The notes beneath the pieces are model-generated. The model saw nothing but the letters and a program-made list of their open reading frames with translations, searched no databases and was not told the DNA's origin. Shown piece after piece: positions 38,319-50,677 of a stretch of DNA of 64,000 nt. Every line of letters begins with the position of its first letter. Position 1 is the first letter of the stretch. The position numbers and the translations under genes were made by a program. Origin of the DNA: Takakia lepidozioides (lineage: Eukaryota; Plantae; Bryophyta); assembly GCA_030704615.1 (NCBI GenBank), contig CM060734.1, positions 29,760,001 to 29,824,000 on the forward strand, read 5' to 3'.

Positions 38319-40772
38319 GTCCCTTTGATGGAGACACACAAACAAGAGCTGAACCACAAGGGACAGTCAATGAGGATGAGCATGATGGGCTAGAGACAGA
38401 AGGAAATGAGGATGTCTATGACCAGATTTGGAGAAGTATGATGAGGAGAGGAAAACTTAAGTGAAGAGGACAGACCTAGCAAAAGCCAGCCTGTGGGAAG
38501 CACTGAAAATAATGGAAATTGCAACTCAGAGTGGAATCATCCCAACACATGGAATTCTTCCAACTGTTGGGCATGAGCAAATTAAAACCACAGAGAGTAA
38601 ACACATGGCAATGCAGCAATTGAAAGCAGTATTGAGGGAGAAACCACCTAAATGGCTGAAACTTTTTTTTTTTTTAAATGATTACTTCACTGATGAAGAG
38701 GGTGAAGGATGGGAGAGTAAGGTTGACAACTGGTTGCTTGGAAGAAAGGGGCTGCGGTGGGAAATCCTGCTAAGGAGACCACGACAAACACCAAATGGGA
38801 GTGAAAATCAAGCACACAAAGAGCTGCCCTCTTGCTGGCCCTCTTGGATGAATCTGGACCCACACTCTATCTCTGCTCCTTCAGCTATCCATGCCCAATC
38901 TGCACAAATCATGCATTCATCATTGCCTTGCTGCTAGCAGCTGACAATGACAGCCTAGATTTGTTCTAGGAGACACCCAACTCAGCCTATCACACTAGGT
39001 CCTATGCTCAATTGCTTCTGCTACCCTCTAGAATCAAACAGACATTCACCTTCTTGCCTCGATTGTCCCACCATTGACTGGGTAAGAAAAATATTAATTC
39101 CACCGTTTCTTTTCATCTTTGTTACTTGTTTCTGGATACTTTCATGTTGTAACATTGGCAGTATCATGTCAAAGTCACTCCAAACTATCAAAGGTTCACT
39201 CAACCAGCTAACTTGCAGAATTCAACATGGAAACTTAGGGTTGATTCTGATAAGAAGGAAAAATAGGATGAAATGTGTTGAAGAAGGTGTCTGCATTAGC
39301 AGTGCATGATTTTATCAATTTCGCCGCTGCTGCTGCAGCTTCCAGTTGACCATGTACCCATGCAGGTTGCTAGTAGCTATTAATCCACAGGGAATCATAG
39401 GTAATTTGGAGCTTGTTGAAGTCCGCCCGTCTTCGATGAATCTGGACCCACACTCTATCCCTGCTCCTTCAGCTATCCATGCCTCTGCCCACCCTTGCCT
39501 TGCTGCTAGCAGCTGACAATAAAAGCCTCGAATTGTTCTAGGAAACACCCAACTCAACTTATCACACTAGTTCTTATGCTCAATTGCATCTTCTACTCTC
39601 TGCAATCCAACAGACATTCACCTTTTTGCCGTGATTGTCCCACCGTTGACTGGGGTCAGAAAAGTATTCATTCCACAGCTTCTTGTGGTCTCCGTTACCT
39701 GTTTCTGGATTCTTTCCTGTTGTCACATTGGCAGTATCATGTCAAAGTCACTCCAAACTACAAAGGTTCACTCAACCAGCTAACTTGCAGAATTCAACAT
39801 GAAAATTTAGAGCCGCTACTGATAAGAGGGAAAATGCTTGAATTTCTCCAGCAAACACCCCAACCCTACCTATCACACTAGTTCCTATGCTAACCAGTCC
39901 ACTAGTGACACTAGTTCTATGCTAACTAGTGACACTCTTCTCTTCATCTCTGTTATTTGTTTTTGGGCCGTACTTTCTTGCTGCCACATCGGCAGTAACT
40001 TGTTAAAGTCACTCCAAACCACCACAGATCCACCCAACGAGCTAACTTACAAAATTCAATATGCAAATTCGGGGCTGAGTCTGATGAGAGGGCAAAACAG
40101 GCTGAAATAGGTCAAAGAAGAAGGTGCTCTCACCACTCAGTCCTCGACCTTGTGTCATGCCCCATGGAGGATTTGACTGACCATGAACCCAAGAGGACCT
40201 TTTGTGTGTGCTGCTTGGGTATGTAGTCAGGTAATGACGGAGTGGTCTGTGAGATCCAACACAGTGCAGCTGAGCGGGCAAAGATTGAAACACGACCTGC
40301 TAAGACCAAGCTGACTCTCCCAAGAACCTTGTAAACATCAGAAACAATAACACATCATGGTACTAACAGGAGCCAAGAGCCCACATTTGCAAGATGGACA
40401 AACATCTTCACATTGTACCTTCAGAAAAAGCCATACCTTGCGATTGCGGTTGTCCCACCATCGAGAAGGATCTTTATAAAACTCATGTCAGTTCTGCTCT
40501 ATGCTACAAATTTAGGGCTGAGTCTGATGAGAGGGAAAATGTTCAGGCTGAAATAGGTCGAAGAAGAAGGTGCCCTCACACATTGTCCTCGACCTTGTAT
40601 CATGACCTATGGAAGATTTGACTGACCATGAACCAAGAGGACCTCTTGTGTGTGTGTTGCTTGTGTCTGTAGTCAGGTAATGTTGGATTGGTCTGTGAGA
40701 ACCACCATGGTGCAGCTGAGCGGGCAGAGATTGAAACACGGCCTACTAAGACCAAGCTGACTCTCCCAAGAA

Positions 40773-41822
40773 TCAGAAAAAATACCACATCATGGTACTA
40801 ACAGGAGCCCAAGAGCCCACATTGGCATCCTTGATGCTCCCCCCTTTGGCATACATGTCCACCAGGGTACTGTTCAGAATGACATCTGGTACAATTCCAG
40901 CTTTGATGATGTCACCATGGACCTCTTTACCCTTTTCCAGGGCTGCCAGGCTCGCACACGCCTTGCAAAGACAAATGAAAGTGACCCGGTCCGGCTGCAC
41001 CCAGCATTTGCTCATTTGTGGCTTCATCTCGCACCCATGCTGGCCATATCCTGCGATCATCGTGTTCCAGGAAACAACGTCCCGTTCAACCATATTCAAA
41101 TTCTCCCTTTGCAGCTTCAATGCTGCCACATTTGGCATACATGTCCACCAGGGTATCGTGCGCAATGCAACCTGGTACAATTCCAGCTTTGATGATGTCA
41201 ACATGGCCCTCTTTGCCCTTTTCAAGTATGCCAGGCTCGCATCAACGGTCCCTTCCATAATCATTTGCTCATATGTCTCCAAAGCCTCCGTCCCGCAACC
41301 CTGCAGTGCATGTCCTGCGATCATCGCGTCCACAACACCACATCACATTCAGCCATAGTGTCGAACACCCCCCTTTGCATCTTCAATGCTCCCACATTTG
41401 ACATACATGTCCACTAGGGCAGTGTTCAGAATGACATGTGGTACAATTCCAGCTTCGACAATGTCACCATGGACCTCTTTGCCCTTTTTCAGGGCTGCAA
41501 GGCTCGTACACACATTGCAAACGCAAACAAATGTGATGCGGTCGGGCTTCACCCCTTCCAGCATCATTTGCTCATAGGTCTCCAAAGCATTCGTACCACA
41601 CCCATGCTTGGTAAATCCTGCCAACATTATATTCCACGTGATCAAAGATCGTTGAGGCATTTTGTTGAACAGTTGGTGAGCATCAACGATGCTCTTGCAC
41701 TTAACATACATGTTGGCAAGGGTGTTGTGTAGAAAAACATTTGGCTTGAATCCACTTTGGATAATGTGAGCATGCACCTGCTTTCCAGCTTGCAGGTCTT
41801 TCATCTTGATGCACGTATGCAA
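40773..41822 (-). pseudogene. PLS-class pentatricopeptide repeat gene fragment
   Basis: GKQVHAHIIQSG..LANMYVKC..A.QLFNKM..TWN.ML.G..HG; PDRITF..C..LAALKKGKEVH..LVDMYVKCGSIEDA; multiple frameshifts. Confidence 0.88.
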
Positions 41823-44800
41823 GAGACTGACATAAGTATCTGAATTTGCTGAAATGCCCCCTTGGTTTAAAGTCTGTAGAGCCTCTTTCAGTCACCCTGC
41901 CTCACATAGCATCCTCACATGCCCAAAACTACCAGAAGAGGCATTGTGGACTCCCTCTCTTGGTCCTCTTTTGGAAACTATGGTCATGGTCAAGGCGCCT
42001 GATTTAATCAACTGTGTCGCCGATGATTCCAGTTGACCATCTACCCATGTAGGTTTCTTGTAGCTATCCATCCACAGGGAATCACAAGTAATTTTGAAAT
42101 CGAGCCCTCTTGGATGAATCTGGACCCACACTCCAATCCCTGCTCCTTCTATCCCTGCCTCTCCACAAATCATATATATATTCTTGCCTTGCTGCTAGCA
42201 GCTGACAATGACCACCTACAATCGTTCAGCAAACACCTCAACCCTACTCGGGACACACTAGTTCCTATGCTGAATTATTCCCTAAACTTTCCAAATGTGC
42301 TTGGGGGACAATTCCAATAAAGCTAAATGTGATGCATCTTATTGTCTGCTTTGTCTCTGTAATTGAACAGGCATTCACCTTTTTACCTTGATCGTCCCAC
42401 CATTGACTGAGGTCCAAAAAATATTCCTTCCAAAGCTTCTCCTCATCGGACTGGTCGATTGGTCTGTGAAGAGCCACCACGGTGCAGCTGAGCTGCCATA
42501 GATTCAAGCACAGCTTCCTAAGACCAATCTGACCCTCCCCAAGTACCTTGTAAACACCAGGAAAAATACCAAATCATATTACTAACAGGAAGAGCCCACA
42601 TTTTGCAGGATGGACAAAACTTGTTCACATCATACATTAAAAAAGCCCCACCTTGCAATTGCGGTTCTCCCACAGATGTGAGAGATCTTTAAGAAACTCA
42701 TGCCAACTCTGCTCCATGCTCCACAGTAGACCTTTGTGCCCGAAAATCCAATAGCATCAACATTTTGACAAGTTCCTTTATGAAGAAGTGTTAGTGAGCT
42801 TTCAAACAATTCAATGTGGGTTCCATTGGACTCTACGCAATGAGGAACATACGGACATATCCAAACTTACACCAGCTTGTCTATAGTCTGGAGATTTTGG
42901 AGTGGTCTGTGAAAACGATCAGGGAGCAGTTGAGCAGCCACAGTCTCGACCCTCCCTAGTACCTTGCAAACTTCAGGGAAAGGCCTTGGACATCCTACTT
43001 TCATGCCCTGCTCAGGAAGAACAACCTACGATACGGACAGTAAAAGCAGTTTTTGCACAGCAAAGCGAGATTCTAACTATTAGGGGTACAATCAAGACAA
43101 TCATAATAGATTTCTCTCAGACTCCTTCTTAACCTACATGAAGAAAGCTTCCCTTGTAAAGCTACTGTCCCACCAGTGTGAAGGATCTTTAAAGAACTTA
43201 TGCCAGCGTTGTTCCATGCTCTAGCATTGATCTAAATGCCACATATAACTATTTAGATCGGCCTTGTCTAACAATCCCGTGTGTTTTCTTCCTTCTTTGC
43301 CCAGAGTACATTCGTTTATGCTAAATTGCGCAAAAGAGCCTGGATCCGATATTGGTGCATACATTCAACACAGCGACCCCAGAAAAGAAACCCACCAAGT
43401 GTTTTATCATATTACCTGATTTGAATGGCATCCCTGAAGGCGCCATAGCCAACATGTGCAAGAGACCCGTCCTCAAGGACCTCCTGTGTGCGCTGCTTAT
43501 GTCTGTAGTCAGGTAATGTCGGATTGGTCTGTGAGAACCACCACTGTGCAGCTGAGCAGGCAGAGATTGAAACGTGCGGCCTGCTAAGATCAAGTTGACT
43601 CTCCTAAGAACCTTGTAAACATCAAGATGAATACCAAATCATGGTACTACATGAGCCAAGAGCGCACATTTGCGGTTGCGGTGCAGGTTGCGCTTTGCCC
43701 CTTCTCCATCCCATGCCCCTGCATATCCTCCGATCATCGTGTTCCATGACACAACATCTCTTTGGCTCTATACTAAGAAAACGCGCAGGAGACAATAAAG
43801 CCAAGAGGAGGCTAAGTCCCAGCCCTCTAATGGGCAACCCTATAAACAACTTTTTGAATTTTTTAACCTTTTGGTACCAAGCTAGCACTAGAAGTCATTT
43901 CGGCAACTATTTGGTGGTGAGCTCGCGCTGGTCAACCATCGTTGACCAACCCTCCGTCAAGTGCGGAGTCACGTAGTCATTCAAACGTCTAACCATGTAG
44001 TCCCTTGGATGACTACGTGACTACATAGTCATCTGAACCACTACGTAAAGCACAATTTGGTGTAAAAATATTGGGAAGTCATGGTCATAGTCAGGAAAAC
44101 CGTGACTACCGCGGGTTGGCAGTCATATATACCGCGATCTGTTGTAGTGGTAGTGGTAGATGTAGGAACTCGGCTTAGTTCAGATGCAGCAGCTGTATCC
44201 TAGATCTATTGTTAGTTGTTAGTTGTTAGTGGAGGTCATAGCTTAGATGTTAGTCCCATTACCAAGCGGGGGTGCACACTTGGGGGGGGAGGAATCTCTC
44301 TCCTTGTGTTCATGCATGGGCTGCCAGCCTGGGGGGTGCACTCTTCATAAACTGTGCGTATCACGTGCGTTCGCCGCCTAATAAAAAACCCCCTGTATAC
44401 GGGTCCTTGGATAATTTATACCCTCTTTGTATATACTTTTTGAAGATTATAAAACCCCTTCATGTAAATATACAAAAAATTGTAATTTTTAAAAAGTACC
44501 CCTTCTGTATGTGTATTCCCCTTTTCAATCATTAAAAAATACCCTCCAATATATATATGTATGTTTTTATATTATATCAAATTTATTCATTTAATAAATA
44601 AAAATATTTATTTGCCTTTGATAAAATTGTCAAAGACTTTCCGGTCATTTGCATCAAGTATATATATGTTTGACATGACATTGTACTTTAAACATGCTAA
44701 TGCCATGCTCCAAATCTGGCCCTCTTGGATGATTCTGCACCCACAATCCTCTCCCTGCATCAACAACTACCCCTCCCTCCACACTAACAATACATACATC

Positions 44801-45175
44801 CTGCCTCTGTTGCTGCTGCTGTGGTTTCCAGTTGACCATCTACCCATGCAAGTTTCTTGTAGCTATCCTTCCACAGGGAATCATAGGTAATCTGGAGCTT
44901 GAAATCCGGCCATCTGGAAATTTAGGGACGACTCTGTTAACAGGGAAAAATAGGCTGAAATGTGTTGAAGAAGGTACCTTCATCAGCAGTGCCTTGTTCT
45001 ATCAATTGCGCTACTGCCGCTGTTGTTTCTAGTTGACCATCTACCCACATTGTCCCATCATTGACTGGGGTCAGAAAAGTGTTCATTCCAAAGCTTCTCT
45101 TCATCTCTGTTATCCGTTTTTTGGTACTTTCCTGTTGCTACATCGGCATATGGGAATTCAGGGCTGAGCCTGATG

Positions 45176-46585
45176 ATTCAATACGCAAATTCAGGGCTGA
45201 CCCTGATGAGAGGGAAAAACAGGCTGAAACATGTCCAAGAAGAAGGTGCCCTCACCACACATCCACCCAACGAGCTAACTTACATCTTTCAATATCCAAA
45301 TTTAGGGCTGAGCCTAATGAGAGGGCAAAATAGGCTGAAACAGGTGGAAGAAGAAGGTGCCCTCACCACAGATCTACCCACCGAGCTAACTTACATCATT
45401 CAATATGCAAATTCAGGGTTGAGCCTGATGAGAGGGCAAAACAGGCTGAAACAAGTCCAAGAAGAAGGTGCCCTCACCATAGATCCACCCAACGAGCTAA
45501 CCTACATCTTTCAATATGCAAATTCAGGGCTGAGCCTAATGAGAGGGCAAAATAGGCTGAAACAGGTCCAAGAAGAAGGTGCCCTCACCACAAATCCACC
45601 CAACGAGCTAACTTACATCATTCACTATGCAAATTCAGGGCTGAGCCTGATGAGAGGGCAAAACAGGCTGAAACATGTCCAAGAAGAAGGTGCCCTCACC
45701 ACAAATCCACCCAACGAACTAACCTATAGATCATTCAATATGCAAATTCAGGGCTGAGCCTGATGAGAGGGCAAAACAGACTGAAACAGGTCGAAGAAGA
45801 AGGTGCCCTCACCACACATCCACCCAACGAGCTAACTATCTTTCAATATCCAAATTCAGGGCTGAGCCTGATGAGAGGGCAAAACAGGCTGAAACAGGTC
45901 CAAGAAGAAGGTGCCCTCACCATAGATCCACCCAACGAGCTAACCTACATCATTCAATATGCAAATTCAGGGCTGAGCCTGATGAGAGGGCAAAATAGGC
46001 TGAAACAGGTCCAAGAAGAAGGTGCCCTCACCACAAATCCACCCAACGAGCTAACCTACATCATCAATATCCAAATTCAGGGCTGAGCCTGATGAGAGGG
46101 CAAAACAGGCTGAAACAAGTCCAAGAAGAAGGTGCCCTCACCACACATCCACCCAACGAGCTAACTTACATCTTTCAATACGCAAATTCAGGGTTGAGCC
46201 TGATGAGAGGGCAAAACAGGCTGAAACAGGTGGGAGAAGAAGGTGCCCTCACCACAGATCCACCCACCGAGCTAACTTACATCATTCAATATGCAAATTC
46301 AGGGCTGAGCCTGATGAGAGGGCAAAACAGGCTGAAACAGGTCCAAGAAGAAGGTGCCCTCACAATAGATCCACCCAACGAGCTAACCTACATCTTTCAA
46401 TATGCAAGATTCAGGGCTGAGCCTGATGAGAGGGCAAAACAGGCTGAAATAGGTCGAAGAAGAAGGTGCCCTCACCACAGATCCACCCAACGAGCCAACT
46501 TACAGAATTCAATATGCAAATTCAGGGCTGAGTCTGATGAGAGGGCAAAACAAGCTGAAATAGGTCGAAGAAGAAGGTGCGTTCA
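45176..46585. repeat. Tandem array of ~12-13 units of ~111 bp
   Basis: Unit aattcagggctgagcctgatgagagggcaaaacaggctgaaacaggtc..; translates as a 37-aa repeat. Single copies also occur at ~40020-40140, 40510 and 46965. Confidence 0.95.
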
Positions 46586-47901
46586 CCACATTTTCCTCGA
46601 CCTTCTGTCATGACCCATGGAGGATTTAACTGACCATGAACCCAAGATGACCTCTTGTGTGTGCTACTTGTGTCTGTAGTCAGGTAATGACGGATTGGTC
46701 TGTGAGAACCACCACCATGCAGCTGAGCGGGCAAAGATTAAAACACGGCCTGCTAAGACCAAGCTGACTCTCCCAAGAACCTTGTAAACATCAGGAAGAA
46801 TACCAAATCATGGTTCTAACAGGAGGCAAGAGCCCGCATTTGCAGGATGGACAAACTTCTTCACATCGTACCTTAAGAAAACGCCACACCTTGCGATTGC
46901 AATTGTCCCACCATCGTGAAGGATCTTTAAAAAAACTCATGCCAGCTCTGCTCCGTGCTGCAAATTCAGGGCCGAGTCTGACGAGAGGGCAAAAGAGGCT
47001 GAAATAGGTCGAAGAAGAAGGTGCCCTCACCACATTGTCCTTGACCTTGTGTCATGACCCATGGAGGATTTGACCTCCCATCAACCCAAAATGACCTCTT
47101 CTGTGTGCCGCTGGTGTCTGTAGTCAGGTAATGTCGGATTGATCTTTGAGAACCACCACGGTGCAGCTGATCAGGCAGAGATTAAAACGGCCTGCTAAGA
47201 CCAAGCTGACTCTCCCAAGAACCTTGTAAACATCAGGAAGAATACCATGTCATGCGGTCGACCATCCACCCACGAACGCGGGAGAGGAGGGGAGAAGAAA
47301 TGAGAGGAGAGGAGGGAAAAGAGAAAGCCCGCGGGAGGAAGGCGAACGCGGGAGAGGAGGGGAGAGGAGGGGAGGGAAAAGAGAGCCCCCGCGGGAGGGA
47401 AGGGGAGAAAGATCGCGGGGAGCAAGAAAAAAACACAAACAAAAAGAATGATCGTGCGATTTGATCCCGCGGTGCATCGCGACCCAATCGACATCCTTAC
47501 CACTAGACTACCCCTTAAAATTCAACAACCCCCTCTTGTAATATTATACTAGGGCTTCGCGTTGCTCCACACTACTAGCGACGACTTCTGAGAAGGACGT
47601 CCGGACGGATGGGCCATACTCGAGGATCATGAGAGAGAGTACGGATCATGCAGCCTGCCAAAATGTCGGTCACACAATTCCGATTGGTGGGGGGGGGGGG
47701 GAGAGGGAGTTGGAGGGGTTTTCCATGGGTCGTCTTGGTACAACAAGTAGATTTGGACTATGATAAATCAGTATTTTTTTATTATCTGTTGTGAGCATGC
47801 ATTGGGACAAAATATAGACTTTTTGAAGAGGAGAAGGAGGATGGTCTTTATAAAATATGGTGGCCCTTACATGGAACGTTTAGATGTGTCTAATTTAAGC
47901 T

Positions 47902-48644
47902 CTACCAAGCTATGCTTTTGCTCCAGTTGTCGTCATTCGACTCTGTCTCCTCTCGTGCTTTGGCCAACAGATTGACCCCTTTTAGTTGGAATGAAAGCCC
48001 GTGTTTCTTGTGACGGAAATTCATCCAATATCGGATGTTACACTTGACTACAATGAGATCCCCTGAACGTATGGATTCTCCATCCATTTTTTGGCCATTT
48101 TCGTTAAGGACTTCTATTGTATTGTACATCTCGTTGTTGTTTGTTTTTTGACGTTTGTTGTTACCGGACGTCGAGCCAGAGTTGTTTGGGTTAGTTTTTA
48201 GGAGCTTTTTCATGAAGCTCATGTTGTTTCCACCCATCCACATCATGTCCTCGCCTCTCCTCCTCCAATTATCGAGCCAATCTGTATTGTATTTGCGTAG
48301 TCGAACAAGAAATGGCTGTCTTCTATCAATATTGTGAATTTTGCGTCTTTTAGTTCTTCGGCGAAAGTCACGAATCTGTAATTCCCGGTTTTGCCAAGGT
48401 AGGGGAATTTTGCAATACCTTCGAAGATTGCTATTTCTTCACGGTACGAAGGGACGTTCCACAAGGCGCTGTGGAAGTTTGTACTGTAGGGCAGGCGTTT
48501 CCATGTGTTCCCCACCTTTAGGGCATGATGGTCATTGGACATGAAACTGTCGTATATTACGTTTGTCATGTCTTGGTGGGTTATTTCCTGGATTTGTTGG
48601 TCCGTTACAGTGTCTATTGTGTCGGCTATTTCCGACGTTGACAT
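47902..48644 (-). CDS. Putative OB-fold ssDNA-binding protein (T7 gp2.5/DUF2815-like), split into two overlapping ORFs
   Basis: FPYLG..KDAKFTILI near the N-terminus; VLNENGQKMDGESIRSGDLIVVKCNIRYW....HGLSFQLKGVNLL plus a short acidic/aromatic tail (EETESNDDNW..W). Intronless. Motif resemblance by eye only. Confidence 0.45.
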
Positions 48645-48663
48645 GGTTGTTTGTATGTATGGT

Positions 48664-48667
<4 letters not shown>

Positions 48668-48696
<29 letters not shown>
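48668..48696. repeat. (GA)n microsatellite
   Basis: Direct reading. Confidence 0.95.
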
Positions 48697-48698
<2 letters not shown>

Positions 48699-49199
48699 CA
48701 GGGGCAGATGAAAGTATATATCTGTGGGATTTTAGGAGAATTAAACCCTAAGAGTGCGACTTTAAAATTAATCACGCTAATCTATAGAACTATGGCTTTC
48801 TCTCTCAGACCGAGGTTGATGCTACACCGCTTTACTAGGAAGTTAGGTGCAAAGTGCGATGTAACAGTATGTTATATTCCTCTGCTTCACCTGTACCTGG
48901 AAGCATCATTTGATTAGGGACCCTCTCACAATCGGTTATTTTTTTGGTAGCAACACCTAGTGAAGACGAAAGGCCTAGTCCATTGATGTTTGATTCAGGC
49001 CCAGCTATGCTGATTGAGGAATTCCAATAGGAGATGGCCCTTCACTTCCTGCTCACAATTGTTTTGTTCCTATCATAAAACCAGAGAACCTCACATCAGA
49101 ACGTATAGGCTTACAAATACATACAGATCCATTTGCACTTTTTCAGTGCTCAAAGACTGGCACAGGCATCAGAATACACATGAGGTTCATCTACCAGGC

Positions 49200-50677
49200 A
49201 TCACCCATTCACAATCTCCAAAGCCTCCCTGCCACACCCAGTACATAAACAGAGTACACATAAGTTCCTTGCTTTGCATCCTCAATGCACCCACATTGGG
49301 CATACATGTCCACCAGGGCAGAGTTCAGAATGACATCTGGTACAATTCCAGCTTTGACAATGTCACCATAGACCTCTTTTGACCTTTTCCAGGGCTGCCA
49401 GGCTTGCACAAGCATTGCAATCACACAAAAACATGATGTGGTTGGGCTTCACCCCTTCCCCCATAATTTGATCATAGGTCTCCAAATCCACCATCCCACG
49501 TCCCTGCTGTGCATACCTTGCAATGCTTGTGAGTGTGCACCTGCTTTCCAGCTTCCAGACCTTTCTTGGCGTGAATCCACATCAGAGTTTGTTGGCACTA
49601 GGAAAGGGTTGAGACTGAGCTGCTCAACTACTCCCTGGTCTTACTGGGCTTACATAGTGTGCCAAGCACAACATCTGGTGCCAAAGCTTCCATCCAGTGC
49701 CCCTGCTGTGCATACCCTGCAAGCATCGAGTTCCACGACACCACATCTCGTTCAGCCATATTGTTCCCTTCATACATGTCCACGAGGGTATTGTTCATAA
49801 TGACATGTGGTACAATTGCAGCTCTGACAATGTCGCCATGGACCTCTTTGCCCTTCTCCAGAGCTGTCAGGCTTGCACACGCATTGCAAACTATCAAAGG
49901 TTTACTCAACCAGTAACTTGCAGAAATAAACATGAAAATTTAAGGACGATTTTGATAAGAGGGGAAAACAGGGTGAAATGTTTTGAAGAAGGTGCCTTCA
50001 TTAGCAGTGCCTGATTTAATGAATTGTGCCGCTGCTGTTGAATCTGGACCCACACTTTCCATTTTCCAGGGCTGCCAGGCTTGCACAAGCATTGCCAACG
50101 CACACTAACGTGATGTGGTTGCACTTCACCTTTTCCCCCATCATTTGTTCATAGGTCTCCAAGGCCTCCATCCTGCGCCCCTGCTGGCATATCCTGCAAG
50201 CATGAACACTCCCTCCGCATCCTCAATGCTCCCACATTTGGCATCCATGTCCATGAGGGTATTGTTCAGAATCACATTTGGTACAATTCCAACTTTGGCA
50301 ATGCAACCATGCACCTCTTTGCCCTTCTCCAGGGCTGCCAGGCTTGCACACCCACTGCAAACGCACACAAACCTGATCAGCCCAAAACCAATGGCCAGCT
50401 TCTCACTGTGGTGGCAAAGAGAAAATTCCTTTTCCTCCTTCCCCACATCATGAAATACAAAGCGCGTGTCACCCAACCTCATTTCATCTGCCCAGACAAT
50501 CTTCTCAGCTTAGCATGGATTTCCTTAATTCTGGGATGCAACCTGTCATCTACAGCGAAGGTGTGCACCCTGTTGCAAATCTCAATGCAGCAGTGACCTG
50601 GCTCCTTTCTAACCCCTCTGACCTTCATCATTCTTCTCACCAACTCCTACTTTTACGATGCAACCATGCACCCCTTC
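49200..50677 (-). pseudogene. Shuffled PPR fragments plus partial E+/DYW deaminase domain
   Basis: GVRKEPGHCCIEICNRVHTFAVDDRLHP..IHAKLRRLSGQMK..DTRFVFHDVGKEEKEFSLCHHSEKLAIGFGLI (~50370-50620), followed by PLS repeats LAALEKGKEVH..MDAKCGSIEDA. Confidence 0.85.

Larger units (their letters stand above)
34560..44149. mobile_element. Non-autonomous CACTA (En/Spm) element with captured cargo
   Basis: Left CACTACAACAGAACGCGGTA at 34560; right TACCGCGATCTGTTGTAGTG ending 44149 (19/20 match). 3-bp TSD GTA at 34557-34559 and 44150-44152. Subterminal AGTCA/TGACT inverted motifs at both ends. No transposase ORF seen. Confidence 0.9.

Noticed and set aside
45176-46585. Hammerhead ribozyme array (CTGATGAG...GAAAC in each unit)
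   Set aside because: No stem II pairing between CTGATGA and GAAA, AGCCTG/CAGGCT pairing would sequester the core, and related copies read CTGATAAG/CTAATGAG. An Infernal search would be the final test.
47501-48962. CACTAG...CTAGTG pair as TIRs around the SSB-like gene
   Set aside because: The match is only 6 bp and there is no TSD.
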